Below are positions 36,746-51,345 of a stretch of DNA of 64,000 bases, one piece after another. The DNA is from Octopus bimaculoides (Eukaryota): assembly GCF_001194135.2 (NCBI RefSeq), contig NC_068982.1:128169394-128233393 (forward strand). The letters run 5' to 3'. Numbering within the stretch: the stretch's first letter is position 1; each line of letters begins with the position of its first letter. The notes below the pieces were generated by a model, which was not told the DNA's origin, made no database searches, and worked only from the letters and a program-made list of their open reading frames with translations. The translations under genes were made by a program, and so were the position numbers.

Positions 36746-37087
36746 AGCACATAGCAGATGACTCCAAGACTCCATAAATCTGTTGCAAAGCTAATCTCAT
36801 CATAGTTTACAACTTCTGGTGCTATAAAATCAGGTGTACCAAATAATACTTTGATACTGTCACCAACCTGGAGTCTTCGTGCCAAGCCAAAATCAATTAT
36901 TTTGATAAAATTGTTGCTTTTAGCAATACACAAGATGTTTTCTGGTTTTAAGTCCAAATGTATAATCTGTTTATCATGTAAGTAGCAGACGCCTTCACAG
37001 ATCTGGTGCACAAAATGTGCACAGTCTTGCTCTGTTAGTACAAAATCATCATCCACAATACGTTTGAAAAGCTCTCCTCCACAAACA
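36746..37087 (-). CDS. MYLK: MLCK-like exon: kinase subdomains V-IX
   Basis: TTTTTGTTCCAG| ... |GTAAGT; 342 nt, phase 2/2. FVCGGELFKRIVDDDFVLTE...IIHLDLKPENILC...IKIIDFGLAR...VLFGTPDFIAPEVVNYDEISFATDLWSLGVICYV. GGELF, HLDLKPEN, DFG and FGTPxFxAPE are MLCK-family hallmarks. Confidence 0.98.
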
Positions 37088-40000
37088 CTGGAACAAAAAA
37101 AAAATGTATATATATATATAATTAATATATGTGCTTGAAACAGCCTTAGATTAAAATACTAGTGTATATAATATTTATGTGTAGACAAACATGAAATGGC
37201 TGAAGAAGTTTCTGTCAGAGAAACATCTTAAAAAAGACTTAGTTAAAAGACACAGAGCTCACTCAGAACAGCAGTGGATGAATGACACTATGTTAATGGA
37301 TAAATTTCTGTGAGAAGTTTCTCTGAGACCCACCATTACAGCCAGAGCCATTCCACATTCGTATACACATTATTTTGTACACATTGGTGTACAAAATATA
37401 TTTTTAAAGAATCCTGCTTCAATCATAAAAAAATATATCTATCAATGATATAATATAGAGTAAAAGAATTAGTTGTCATCTGTCCATCACAGTCACTCCC
37501 CTGCACTCTGTTTTTACAATCACAAACTTGCAACCATCAGCTCCTCCACATCCTGATTCTTATCGCTTCCTTGACTACTCATCTTCACAGGTACATTACT
37601 TTGAGTGAACAAGCATATCATAGATTAATGAGGAACTCTGTTAAGCAGTGCATGGTGCAAGGCAACCTCACTAGAGCTGGTGCCATGATAAGATGTACTC
37701 AGCATAATCTATAAAATGGCTAACAAGTGAACAGAGACAACATAGTGTCAAGTGGAACCTTTAGTGAAGGATATAAGATACCTCCCATTTTTGATAACAG
37801 CTCTGGTCTATCATAGATTTAACTATGCAGGTGTCACAGTAATATGCACCCAATACACTTATAAAGTAGTTGGTAATTAAAAGGGTAGCCAGGCAAAGAA
37901 CCAAAGCAAAGCTAAAACATTTAAGTGAGACATGGTCCTCTAACCCATCTGTGAAGGCAGTAACTCTCACCAAGAACACACACTGTCTAACTCATACAAA
38001 CATGGAAAGGAGACACAAAATTTTTATGTTCATGACAAGTTGTATAGAGAGGATATTAAATGATATAGAGAAAAAATACTGAAGAAGGTTTGCATTCTCT
38101 GGCGGAGGTTTGAGCTCTCTGGGTGCTCTTGTTAACATTTTATTATTACAAATATCTTTTTCATAACACAATAATGTTTATTGTGCTACTGCAATAATAA
38201 TAAAGTTTCATTATATTTCCCATAATTCAATCAACACAAATATAAAGTGAGAAATGGATTTGAGGTACTGACAGATTGTCATGTGAGATGGGTTTGAGGT
38301 AGCGAAGGTAAACTTATTGGACCTAACAGTAGAAGTGGAAGAACCTAAGGAGTTTTTAAGATGTTAAAAAAAATTAAAGATAACTCCCACCTTTGATAAC
38401 AGCTCTAGTCTATCATAGATTTAGCAATGAAAGGATCTGAACTAATTGCTCAGAAAGTTAACAAAACACCTGTCATACACAATTCTTCGGCTACCAACAT
38501 TAGTCTTGTATCTCTTTACAAGGAGGTAGACTAAAGCAGAAATACATACAGTACTGGTGATGAATTATTAATTACAAAACCTCAACCATGAATGACCCTG
38601 CTTACTAACAATAACAATGCCACTCATAAAACAAGGGGAAAATCAATATGTTCGTTTGTTTTACACCTGATTTTCCAAGCTAGCATGGGTTTCATGACTA
38701 TACTATCAAAGATTTCACAAGTTGACTGCCTCCCTGTCACTAATCCTTACTTGTTTTTCAAATAAAGGATATCATATTCCAAATGTTTTAAAGGTGCAAA
38801 ACCAGAGGGTGAAAGTAACATCACCAGCCATAGCTGAGTAATTTTCAGAGAAGGGCAAATGTACACACACACACACACACACACATTAGTACACATGTAT
38901 GTATAGAATAGGCTTCTTCAGATTTTCACCTACTAAATCCACTCTGAGATCGAACCTGAAACCACATGAATGGGAAGTGGATGTCTTAACCACAGCCATC
39001 CTTGTGTCTAACATATCTTTGATGAAATAAGTAATTTCAAGAAACCCACTCTACATGACAAGTTATTATAAACAAACTATTAAAGTCTGAGTTAGATAAA
39101 ATCTAACCAGTTCTTGAAGCAACTAAAAAAGTTACAACAATTTTAGTTTTGAAACTTTTTAAAGTAGCTACACAATCCTTATAAATGACAATTACTAGAA
39201 TTGAAAAAGATTCCAAATATCTTTTCAATAAGATTTTTAATATTTATAAGAATACTGTAGCTTTCTTGGAACATTTGTGAAATACGTAGAAAAATCAGTG
39301 TGTTATAGAAGACAACAGCAAAGTAGATAAAACATTATATATTAAAGATATAGAAAAGTTACCATAAAAAGAATTTAATTAGTCCTGATAGTTAAGGTTA
39401 AAAATTCTTTTACAAAAATTAAAGAATGAGAGAGCTATATATAGATTATATGCCCATTATGTTGACGTGTCAAATCCACAAATTTAACATGTTCACAGAA
39501 TGGAAACTTAAGTTCATCTTTCATTCTTTAAAGTCTTTGTAAAGAAGTGTTTAACTCAAAATGCAAGGGCTAATTAGAATTTATTAAGGTAATATTTCAT
39601 TATTAGTTTTTGTTGTTATTTTTATATATTTAACATGCAATCATCAATGCTATTGCCTTCTATATAACACTGATCTTCAATTTAATATTTATATTACATT
39701 TCTGAATTCTGCTAATTTTAATAAACTTCGATAAGGAAAATCTTTTTTTCAATGATAGTTATTTAAAAATTTACATGGCTTATAAAACAAGCTGTATATT
39801 CCACAGAGAGAAACAGGCGATATTGTATCCTTTGAAAATCATAGCAATATCATACTCTAAGAGCAGTGTATTGATAAAGCAAATACAAGGAAATTAGTTT
39901 TCATGAAATAATAGTCTTGTAGGAAAATACTTAATAGGGTAGGTGAGATCTTTTAATTAGAAGACATATTTTCTCAGTTCCAATATTAACATCAGTAAAA

Positions 40001-40588
40001 GTTATGTAGTTAATTAAAATCTAACTATTGTACAATATATTCCACAGGTGATATATTACAGAGTTGAAACAATTGGATTTAATGCTGCATATAGAAGAAA
40101 ATAAAGATGTAATACACATGAACTTTTTGTGCGTGTGCGTGTGTGTGTGTGTGTGTTTGTGTGAAAGAAGTAAGCTAAGTAAGTGTCAGTATTTTGTTTA
40201 ATTTCCTGCTTTTAAAATATTTCTTTCCAGAAAACATGGATAGAACCCATTGAAACAGGAATTGAAACTAGAAAAAGCAAATAGAAAATTTTATTAAATT
40301 AGCAAATTAAATTATCAACCCTTTTGTTCCCATATTTCTATTGAAATACACAGCCTTTTCCCCAATTAATTTTGGAAATAATGAAGTATTTAGTAAAATA
40401 ACTATCATTATTAAGTTTATATTAGAAACATAAATTAACATGAAATGTTGATTGCAAGTTTTAATTTAGATAACTTTGAAACAAGAAGTTTGTATCATGG
40501 AAGCAAGGGTGGTCTTGGATGGGTTGGCATCAAATGGGTTAAATAAACCATAGAACAACAAATAAAAATAATAAACTCAAATACTTAC

Positions 40589-40789
40589 AATTCAGTGACA
40601 ATTACAAATCCAGTGGGAGATTCGTAAGCATCCCAAAGCCTTAGGACTTTTGGATGAGTTAAATGTTTCATTATCTCAATCTCATTGCGAAATTCAGCTT
40701 TCTTTTTCTCTTTACATTTGATAATTTTTGCAGCCCAAAGCCGGTTTGATGATTTCTCAATACACTTGTGAACAACTCCAAAACGGCCA
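40589..40789 (-). CDS. MYLK: MLCK-like exon: kinase subdomains I-V
   Basis: TGTATTTTAAG| ... |GTAAGT; 201 nt, phase 2/2. SGRFGVVHKCIEKSSNRLWAAKIIKCKEKKKAEFRNEIEIMKHLTHPKVLRLWDAYESPTGFVIVTE (catalytic Lys in AAK, helix-C Glu). Confidence 0.97.
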
Positions 40790-41996
40790 CTTAAAATACA
40801 GAATATGAGTATATCAAAGAAGTTAAAATAAATAATTGTATCTTTCAAAAACGTTCATTCATATGGTTTATTAAAAGTTATTTAATTTATAAATACTGGC
40901 AAGATCCATGGAAATTTTACATTTTGATATGTTCTTATTTCTGATTTAATGAATAAATTTATTAATCTTCAGAATATTGTTTCATTATGTTCAGAGTTTC
41001 AATTATGTCAGTGATTTTATTTCATAGTTAAAGCTGTTTAAACCATAACACTTAAACCATATTTCATAAAGTTAAAGATTTCCGATTATGTCTTCAATTT
41101 CATTCTATAGTTAAGTATAGCACTCAAATACATGTTCAGATAAAGAGAATTTTATAGAAGATAATATCAAAATATTCTGGACCCTTGCAACATAAAAGAA
41201 ATTTGTATCATATTTAGACCAGCCTCATATAAACAGAATTTGGAGATAAATAAAGTCAGCAACACTGAGTAAGACTTAATACTTAAGCTATCTATAAACT
41301 GAAACAAACATTTGAGGATGACTTTTTCTTTTTCTTTTTCCCCAATCACGTGCAGGTATGGCTGTTATTAAGAAGCTCACTTTGGAACCATGTGGTTTTG
41401 AGTTCAGTCCTACTGTGTGGCATTTTGGGCAAGTGTCTGCCACTATAACCTTGGGTCAACCAATATCATGCAGGTGAATTTGGTAGACAAAACCAAATGT
41501 GTGAATGAGTGCATGTTACTGTCTCCTTGTTTAGATTTCACATAAGTTATAAACAAGTGTCACCCTATGGCCTTTATTTCCAATCTTCCATGAAAACATG
41601 TCTGGCTATAGGGTATTTGGAAGCAGGTGAAGATTGGCAACAAGAAGGGAATCCAGCTCTAGAAAATTTGCCACAACAAATTCTATCTCATGAAAGTATG
41701 GAAAAGTGGACATTAAATGATGATAATGATCAAGGAAGATTATTTCATAAGAACGTAACAGCTTTATAATTATCAAATCAAAAATGTTTAAATGAAACAA
41801 ATTCTGTCAATAAGTTTAAGACAGTTCTTCTCAACCAGTCATGAGCAAACTGGCCTGAGGTAATTTCTGAATGGCATGCCTATTGAAAAATTACCTTGAA
41901 TTTTTTTAGTAGTACAGCTCACCTGATGATGAGTCAGGTCTCATGCTGTCCACTCCTCGATAAAGGAATATTAAAATCAAAAATATTTACACTTAC

Positions 41997-42081
41997 CTAC
42001 CAACTTCTTCTTTTAGAATGTAAAAATCTTCGAAATTAGCAGTAGAAATTTGTACATTTAAATGATCAAATATTGATGCAT
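41997..42081 (-). CDS. MYLK: MLCK-like exon: linker and start of kinase domain (not in ORF track)
   Basis: Polypyrimidine TTTCTTTCCTTTATACAG| ... |GTAAGT; 85 nt, phase 1/2. DASIFDHLNVQISTANFEDFYILKEEVG joins the next exon to give the GSGRFG glycine loop. Confidence 0.92.
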
Positions 42082-43085
42082 CTGTATAAAGGAAAGAAAA
42101 TTTTTTTTTTTTTTTGAAATTTCAACATCATTTAATAAAAAAGTAGGACAGACATCAACAACAGTGAAACAATACACAAACATTTTAACTTAGATTCAGT
42201 CATCATTAATCGACATTTTAATTGCTAGCAAAGGACACTATTTTTCTTTGCAAGCAGTGCAAGGTTATCATTTTAGGTTTATCTCTACAAATTTTCTACA
42301 GAGTTCACATTTTATCACTAATTTTGTATATGATTGTAGGAGGGAAGAAATTTGTAATATCACTGTCTGAGCTATTTCTAAGGAGTTATAATGAACTCGT
42401 AATAAGTGCAATATTAAACAGTGGCCAATTAAAGCAGTCCAAATAAGAAGAGAATGAAGTAGGTAAAATAAATGCGTGATTTAAATAATAACAAAATAAT
42501 ATATAACAAATTGTGTAATAACAGCAGCTTGCAGAAAAACATAAACGACATAAAAATTGGTGGGTAAAAAATATTTCTACAACATAACATAACAGGGCAA
42601 AACACAATGGCGTTTCATTACAAAGCAAAAAGCTACTCAGGAAACATAAAACTTGTTTTCTGGTTAAAATTTATTGCACAAGACTAAAAAGCAATGTCTG
42701 TGAAGAGTAATTAAGCCAGTAATTTAGGCCTATCAATCAGGAAAAAGAAATAGATAAATGACACTTGTGACTTTTGTAAATTATTTTTTTTCTTTTAAAA
42801 TACTCCAGTTATAATATAAAAACAAAAATGCTTTTTCTTTCTTTCATTTTAGAATATTATCAAAATTTCTTGTGTTGAACGAAACAGTGAAATTTGTAAA
42901 AATGTTTCCTTACTGTTTCTCTTTGATAAAGAAAAAAAAAATGAAGGTGTTATTATTAAAGCCCATCCAAAATTTTAATTTATTGATACAAGTCTATCAA
43001 GTCCACTACTTTCCCTTCGTGTTCTCTAGATGTTCTAGCTCAGCTCAGATGCCATGTTTTCTCTGAGTATTGATTATATGCTTAC

Positions 43086-43229
43086 CTTCAACAACCAATT
43101 TAACAATGGCACTGTCATTGCCCAATTTGTTAGTTACAACAACATTATAGGATCCTCTATCAGTTGGTAGAGTGTTTTGAATTGTAAATTCACAAAAACC
43201 AGGCTTATTTTCTATTATAAGTCGATCAT
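43086..43229 (-). CDS. MYLK: MLCK-like exon: C-terminal half of Ig domain
   Basis: ATTGTAG| ... |GTAAGC; 144 nt, phase 1/1. DDRLIIENKPGFCEFTIQNTLPTDRGSYNVVVTNKLGNDSAIVKLVVE (D-x-G-x-Y motif, N-x-x-G turn). Confidence 0.93.
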
Positions 43230-46063
43230 CTACAATAGAGTATAGAATAGAAACAATATACAATGAAATGGTACAAGTTTACTTTAAAAAGAAATACACA
43301 GATCAAATTGAAGATGAACAATGAGTTCTTATATAGCAAAAGGCCAACTACAAATTCGTGGTGGAAGGACTTCACGCAATTTAATGAACTCCAATACATG
43401 CTTGGTACTTTATTTATCAATCACAAATAGAAGACAAACTTTTGGATGGATTTGAATTCAGAACAAATTGAAAACTTGTAAATAGTTTTAAAAGCAAAAC
43501 ATACATACATAGACAGACATACACACACATACACACACAGACAGTAAAGCTTAATCAAAACAGTTGACAAGAGAAAGAAAGTAATACTATACACTCAGAT
43601 ATTAAGTTGACAAAAAGATTACCTTTTTTGATTAAAAAGAACTATATTAGCAACAAAGACTGACAGGAAACAAACAAGTAAAACTAACAAAATAAACAAT
43701 TATTTCAATAATACCATCCATTGTTCCAAGCCCAGTACACTCCATACATAACACATTAATATCTAGAGCTACACAAATACTGCATCAGACAGAAACTATT
43801 TTATCCTAATACATGACATCTCACTAAAAAATAATACATTAAAACAAGACAGTTAAACAACATAAAACATGACAGTTCAGATGTTTAACATATTCATCCA
43901 TCTTGCTCATTGATATTGCTTTATACTGTTATTCACAACAAATATATGAGTACATAAGAATGCAATACCTCACAAAAGAAGATGAAAACCATTGCTTTTA
44001 AAAATAAAAAAATAAAAATTTCTTAAAACAGATGTCAGTCGTAAGTCAGTTTTCATAATATTCAATCAACACTTAAAAAAGAAGCTTAGACAGACAGAAA
44101 TCATATAGATTCTTCTATTATTCTTTTATTGGTTTCATTCAGTGGACTGTGGCCATACTGGAGCACAGCTTTCAAGAGTTTTAGTTAGTTTTATTGACCT
44201 CAGAATTTTAATAACCTTGGACTAAAGAGAAGTAACCAGGATACAAAAAAATGCAACAAAATATTTTTCTTTTTTTGACAGTCTTAATTATTTAACCATT
44301 CCTGTCAGCATTGTTTAATGTCTGTATTTCCATGCATGCATGGGTCAGACAGAATTTGTTGAGGCAGATTTCTAACAACTGGATACCCTTCCTTTAGTCA
44401 AACCTCACTTGTTTACAGGCAAGATAATATTTCCCCATGAAAGACAGAAAATGAACAACAACACTTGTGTGACTGATGCTCATTTAAAACCATCACAAGA
44501 TATCAAAATATAGATATGTACACACACACACACACATCATGCTTCTCTCAATTTCCATCTATTCATAAGGCTTTGGACATCCCAGGGCTAAATAGAAGAT
44601 ACTAGCCCAAGGTGACACACAGTTGGACTGAGCCCAAGACCACATGATTAGAAAGCAAGCTTCTCAACCACACAGTCACACCTGCATTGGTAGTTATATA
44701 TCTAAATGGACATTTTGTCTACAAAATTTCACTGATAAAAATTTAGTCAAACCAAAGCTATAGTTGAAAACAATTGTCCAAGATATCATGAGGTGGGATC
44801 GAACCTGAAACTTTGTGGTTACAAACTAAGCTTCTTAACTTATAGGCCACTAATACAAAATCAAAATTTCAAATCATCATTGTCTAGTTTCCATGCTGGA
44901 AACTACAAGAGATCACAGTCAGAGTCAACATGTACTCAGGTGTACCGGTCATCAAAACAGATCAGGAGGGAGGTTTCAACTTTCTCACATTTCATTTTTG
45001 GCTGGCTTTCTTGGCAAGATGCCTTTCCTAAAACCAACCACTTTACAATATGTACTGGGTATTTTTTTTCAAGGCACCAGCAATAGAGAGTTGTCATGTT
45101 CTCAACAAGACTAAAAGCCATCACAATGTCATACTTTACAATGTATACTGGGTGCATTTTTCATGACACCAGCATTAGAGAAGTAGCCATGTCCTTGTTT
45201 GATCAAAGAATCCCACTTCTCTGCTCGCTCATTAGTCCCTTTACAGAGTGGGAGAAAGAAGCATGAATGATAAAGACATGAATGATAGTAATGAGAGAAA
45301 ATTTATAAACATTAGTAAAAGGATGCTAAGCTCATAAGAACAGAACTAATTCTACAAGTCAGCAGGATATCCTATATGACCCACTTTGACAATCCTGCTG
45401 AACACTATTATCAGACTTTGAGATTTACAGGAATGAAGATACAGCAAATCATTTTGATATGCTAGACTAATAAATGAATAGAAGTTCTTTTAAGAGGACT
45501 GATGCCCAGCTAACTTTGCTGTAATGTAATACTGAATTCTCACAAAGACACTGCCTCAGATTTGAGGAATAGGTAGGTGCAGGCAACAGTATCAACCTCG
45601 GAGTTTGGTATTTATGTTATTAACACCCAAAGGATGGAAAACAAACTTAACTTTATGAGATTTGAAATCAAAACATAAAGCTTAAGATATTTTTGCCTAA
45701 CAAATTTTTTACCAAATCAACCAGCCCACATAATATTTAAAAGAATATTAATAGACTAACAAAGTAATTATTAAATTGACTGAAACAAGCAATAATGCTT
45801 AAATGTGCAATTTCAATCACTAATGAATGATTAAAAGATGTTTAGCTCTTAGTGGAGTAACTTTTATTTTCGCAAAAACATAAATTTAGAAAGTACAATA
45901 GATTTCATAAACAAATGTTAGAATTTTGAATCAATTCATATTTTCCTGATAATTTTAGCATTCATGAACTAGAAAGTCATGCAAAAAACAAAAGAAAAAG
46001 AAAAAAAAGCAGCCATCAAAATGTGCTGTTTTTTGATACAAAAATAGTGTACTGATGCATTAA

Positions 46064-46284
46064 CCCTTTTGATACCAATCCACCTGAGACTGCCCCCGGT
46101 TCTATGATGCAAATTGCTGTTTGAAAGTGATTTAAATTAAAACTGTCCATCAAAATTTCATGTTTATTTAAATTCCAAACACCAGATTAATAACGACAAA
46201 GTTATTTTACTAAATTCTTCATTATTTACAAAATTAATTGGAATAAAGGCAGTGTATTTCAGCAAAAATATGGTAACCAAAGGG
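46064..46284. mobile_element. piggyBac-type MITE family 2 (221 bp); decayed copy at about 55923-56135
   Basis: TTAA|CCCTTTTGATACCA ... TGGTAACCAAAGGG|TTAA: 14-bp TIR with 2 mismatches. The internal AAAGTGATTTAAATTAAAACT..CCATCAAAATTTCATG is shared with the 55.9 kb copy. Confidence 0.88.
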
Positions 46285-48933
46285 TTAAATGAATAAAAAT
46301 GAGGAACATACAAGTATAAATAGATTAAAAACTCAGAAATATAAAAAAAATAAGTTTCACAATAGAGGAAACATATTTTTCATAAGCTGCATTCATGCAA
46401 GTAAAGTCACATCACCATACATGCTGCCTGCTTTGTTTCCAGTTTCAGTATTCACACGCACAACCCTCTTAAAATCTTTCTCATCCTGTCTCCCCTCCAC
46501 ATGCTTACAGACACTGAATGAAAACTGCTCAAGTCACTTCGAACCAATATGACAGCCAGTCTGAAAAAATGTTCCATGCTGGTCAATCTCAAGCACTGTG
46601 CTAACTTCCCTGGCTTAATTCTCATCAAATATAATACATATAATATTCAAATTGTAACGACACAAATCTACAAAAACATACAAATATGTCATTCAACTCT
46701 AAAATGTACAACTTTTCTGACCCTGCCAATCACCTGTCAAAAAATTATTTAAATATTTATAAACAACCACCTACTTTATTATGTTGTGTCTTACTGACTG
46801 CTAGTAAAACTTCCATAGCTTGATATCTGTTGGAGATCTATTTCCTATGAAACTATCACCTGGTGTTTTTAGTGAATGCAATATCATTGTCTTTGAGAGA
46901 TCAGCAGGAGTTCTGACCATGTCTGACATAAGAACATGCTGAGAAAAATCTCACATTGTAGGCGTTGCATATTTCTTGTCCATGATACTAGACGTTACTT
47001 GTTAGAATGCTCTCAGAACAGGTATCTACAGATTTCTCTGAAAACCTTATTCTACCAACTGCTGTTGACCAAGATTCAAATACAAGACTTAAATATATCA
47101 TTTTGACCATAGAACCTAATAAATAAATTGGATACAAAGTTTCCTTTTAATATCAGTTAGTCAATTAAAACTCAAATTTTGGAAAAGATGTTTTAATTGT
47201 CTTTCTAATTAAAAAAATCAATTATCCTTGGCAACAAATATATGTTCTTGGCACATAACATTACATCCAATTGTTGAGATCTCTAATCTAAAATCTAATC
47301 AATTGTTTAAAGAAAACTACCTCTGTTTTAGCAATTTTATCTCATCTCTGTTTGCAAGTATAGTATAGTGTGTGTTGTTGCTTAAGTAAAAAGATATTTT
47401 TCAGCTCCTCCCTGGTCACTCCCACCCTCTCTTTTAAAATGTGAATAGTAATGAAGCTCCTCCACTAGAAGAAACTTTTCTGCTCCAGAGCCCTTTTCTC
47501 TCATACTTCAACCCTTTCTCATTCTTATTCTCCAAGCATAAAGCTGCCCTTCTCCCTACCTAGAGGGTTCAGTGTCTAGCAAGCTGTATGGCAACCTCAG
47601 CAGTGCTGGTAGCATGAAAAAAGCCTCCAGTACATACTGTAAAGTGATTGGCACTAGGAAGGGCATCTAACCTTAGAAACCATGCCAAAACACAATGCAG
47701 TGTTTGGGTGCATTGGAGCCTGTCAAACTGTTCAACCCAGTTCCATTTTAATATTCTTCATTTTCTAGGTCATGTCACCAGACATTCCTTGGCTTGCTTT
47801 GGCTTTTATCTTCATAGGTTCCCCCAGAGGGATTGCCAGGTAAAATGGTTCTGAGGCCTTTTGAGAGTGTGTCCAATCCAGCACCACATTCTTTGCTTGA
47901 TTACACAAGCACACATTCATTGATGCATTACACTTCAAACTAAAAATATGAACTCAATCATCATTGTTTTACTTAAAAGAGCCTTACTCAACTTTAACAA
48001 TACTTATTCTGCATATGTTCTGTTGTTTTATTTTTTATTTCTATCGTAGAAAAGGGTTTAGTGAGAATTTCTAATATTACTGCTCAGATGAATACAAGGG
48101 AAAAAAATCACTCCCAGTCCACATGTTTCCTAAATATTTCTAATAACTCATCTGTACCATGAAACCTGGAGCAGATGAGATTAAAACTAATATTGATGTC
48201 TCATGTGGGATGAAGATAAGTATGTGATATGCATTTTCAAATGCAGCTGCTGTAATTTGATATTAAATTGTGGAGCTGATTCATCTAAAGTTTAATTTCA
48301 CTCCACAACATTACAAGCCCAATGTTGTCAGAAAGTCTTTATATCACTTCTGTAATGCTGAAACACAACACTTACCATGAGCAAGCTGGCCATAAAAGAC
48401 TCGTTGAGAATATGATTCTTTTGCATCCAAGTCACAACTACACCAGCAAAGTTGGCATCTCATTAGTAATGCCTGCATACCACTGATTGCCATGGGGCTA
48501 CTGTAGAAGACATTTGCCCAAGATGCTGCACAGTGAGATTGAATATGAAACCACTTAGTTGCTAACAGAACTTCTTAACTACAGTCATACCTGTGTGTAA
48601 AGATTATTATTAAGAATCTCTAAAACAAGGGATAACCCATTACTAGTTAGTTTACTCTGTCAAATGTGATGCTTATTTATTTACATTGTTTTGAAGTAAT
48701 CATAATTATCTCATGGCTTCAAAATTATGATGATGTGATTGTTTAGTTTTAGAATGACATTGTAGTACAAGTGTGAGAGACTGGATCTGGCCAGTTTCAA
48801 CATAAAACGAGTAGAATATTTGAACTTGACATGACCAGTTTAAATGCTAAAGAGTAAAGCTACATTTCATCAAGTTTTATATAAATGTCACAGAAGCAAC
48901 GCAACACCAAGACAGTCTCATGCAATAAATTAC

Positions 48934-49083
48934 CTGCTTCAACTTCTTTCCGTCCTCGGTACCATTTCACCTTTTCTCCTGTGTGCTTTACACTAAACAT
49001 AGCAGCTTCGCCACTTTTCACTGACAGTTCATTTGGGATCAGTTCAAGTATTTGAGGAGAATCATGGCTTTTAGTACGACCTT
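48934..49083 (-). CDS. MYLK: MLCK-like exon: N-terminal half of the next Ig domain (not in ORF track)
   Basis: ATTACAG| ... |GTAATT; 150 nt, phase 1/1. EGRTKSHDSPQILELIPNELSVKSGEAAMFSVKHTGEKVKWYRGRKEVEA contains the I-set V-x-x-G-E-x-A-x-F and V-K-W-Y motifs. Confidence 0.92.
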
Positions 49084-51081
49084 CTGTAATTATATCAAAT
49101 ATTATAGATAGAGACGTGCTTCAATATTAGATATATTTACAATAACACAAATCTGCAGAATAATATCAACATCCATCTCTTGAATAAAATTCAAAATTCC
49201 TTAAAATAAAAAGCATCATTTATAATTTTATATATAATTCTACTAAATGTGTCAAATTTCACTGTATCAATAGAAAAAATATTAAACTTATACTATATTG
49301 AAATAAGTTAGAAATATCTTCTCATTGCCATTATGAGTGAGAGGTATTTCACAATAATAAATTTGTGCCACTCTGAAAAACAAAAAAAAATTAATCATTA
49401 CATGTTAAAAGTATAATATGAGCATGTAGGTGTTTTACAAGCAAGGAGACCAACTAAGGCACAGCAAAAGTATTTGTAATCTGTACAAAGTATCAAGATA
49501 CATAGCTTCGAAGCAAATAAACTTGCACAATATAAATTGACAATATTTCAAACTGAATTTAAAGAGTAAAAATATAGTATACATCATTGCTATATCATTC
49601 TGTTATCTCTAACACATAATATTTGCTGAATGCTGGATGTTTATCAATGAGGGATTCTCCAACATCATCTTCCAGCAAACACAAACATAGAGCCAGATGT
49701 TAAGATAATAACAATGGAGTTGATAGACATGTGCCGTCTAAACTGAAGTGAGGGACAATGGACAGTAAACACTAACATGTTTACTCTGTGTGTGTGTGTG
49801 TGTGTGCACACAGATAAATAGATAGATAGATAGAATTTCTTACAAAAGTAAAAATTAAATTTAGCATCAAATTTACAGAATTTTTAACCTGGAATTTGTG
49901 GTTCACACCAATTGCGGCATAAACCACGTGTGGCAACCTGTAGCTAAATATACCCTACCCTTCACTTAAAATCACAGAGACTGTTACATCTTTGGTGAAC
50001 TTTATTCATATTTAGAATATCCCTAACTACCAGGAATTGTGAGTTTATACATGTATGTGTGTGCACATGTATGTGGGCATGTGCATGTGTATGCGCACAC
50101 ACACATAGTATTTTGGGCAAGTGTTTTTTGTTTTAGTTTTTACTGTAACCTATATTTTCAGATATGCCTACTTTCAGTGATTGGCAATGATTAATACCCA
50201 GATTTGAAGCTTAGATTCCAGTTATTACTGGACTCAGAACAAGAGCGAAGTTTCCATACCACACCTGTAAAACTATAAATTTTACAAACACTAGAAATCA
50301 CACAAACAAGTGTGTGCATCTAGAAATCTTGGCTGGAACCTCTCTGCAGCTTGCCGATGCAAAGGAATACCAATTGTAGCTTCAACATAAGAGAGGAAGA
50401 GGCTATAAAAATTGATATGTTAGTGTCGTTTACTTTTGCTTCATGACTATTCTTCAATTAGAAAGTTTCTTGGAATATATAATTATTGAATATACTACCA
50501 GCCACCATTACTTTTCTTGCCCATAAGAGATTATGTCTAATCTTTAGCATACTGCTGTATGTCTTCTCAAATCACGATCACAGGAAAAGTTGTTGATAAG
50601 AATTATCAACAAAAACAAAGCTGATAAATAAGCATAAGTATTGCAGATTAAGTTTCATTACCAATAAACATTAGCTTCGATGACACTTTACTCAATCGAG
50701 TAAAATATGTAAAATGTGGCCCAGACCATGATTACCAGCATGAACGTCAGACTTCAAAGAGTAGTTAACCATTTAATGGTTTTACTAAACTTATACAGAA
50801 AAAGTAGGCATTATACCATCCAGCATAAAGAAAAGTCAACTTCATTATATTTAAGCCCTTATTTTTTCCTGTAAAAACCTATTCTGACATTAAATGAGTC
50901 AACTTCTGGTACAAATGTTTACGTTTTGTACGTCTTTTTTTTTGACAAAAAAATTTCTGGAAACGATTTTCTCATCTAATTTATGCACCCCTTAAGTTTA
51001 TTTGTATTTTTGCAAAAGAGAAAAATACGTAATTTACATGGGTTTTTACAGTGTGTGTGTGTGTGTGTGTGTGTGTGTATT

Positions 51082-51345
51082 GGCGCCTGTGCAGGTGGCA
51101 CGTAAAATACACCCATTTTGAGCATGGCCATTGCCAGTACCGCCTCACTGGCCCTCGTGCCGGTGGCCCGTAAAAGCATCCACTACACGCTCGGAGTGGT
51201 TGGCGTTAGGAAGGACATCCAGCTGTAGAAACTCTGCCAAATCAGATTGGAGCCTGGTGTAGCCATCTGGTTCACCAGTCCTCAGTCAGATTGTCCAACC
51301 CATGCTAGCATGGAAGGCGGACGTCAAACGATGATGATGATGATA
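51082..51345 (+). mobile_element. RTE 3'-tail-only copy (extreme 5' truncation or RTE-tailed SINE)
   Basis: GGTTGGCGTTAGGAAGG.CATCCAGCTGTAGAAAC...CCATGCTAGCATGGAA.GCGGACGT.AAACGATGATGATG. Similar copies at about 5375-5568, 15445-15720 (minus), 19325-19520 (minus), 35225-35320 (minus), 44870-45190 (minus), 53180-53400 (minus) and 62292-62570. Confidence 0.85.

Noticed and set aside
41923-41955. 33-nt minus-strand mini-exon candidate (AG|GAGTGG...CATCAG|GTGAGC; GVDSMRPDSSS)
   Set aside because: Phase 1/1, but it lies between phase-2 junctions and only 41 nt from the preceding donor; inclusion would break the kinase frame.
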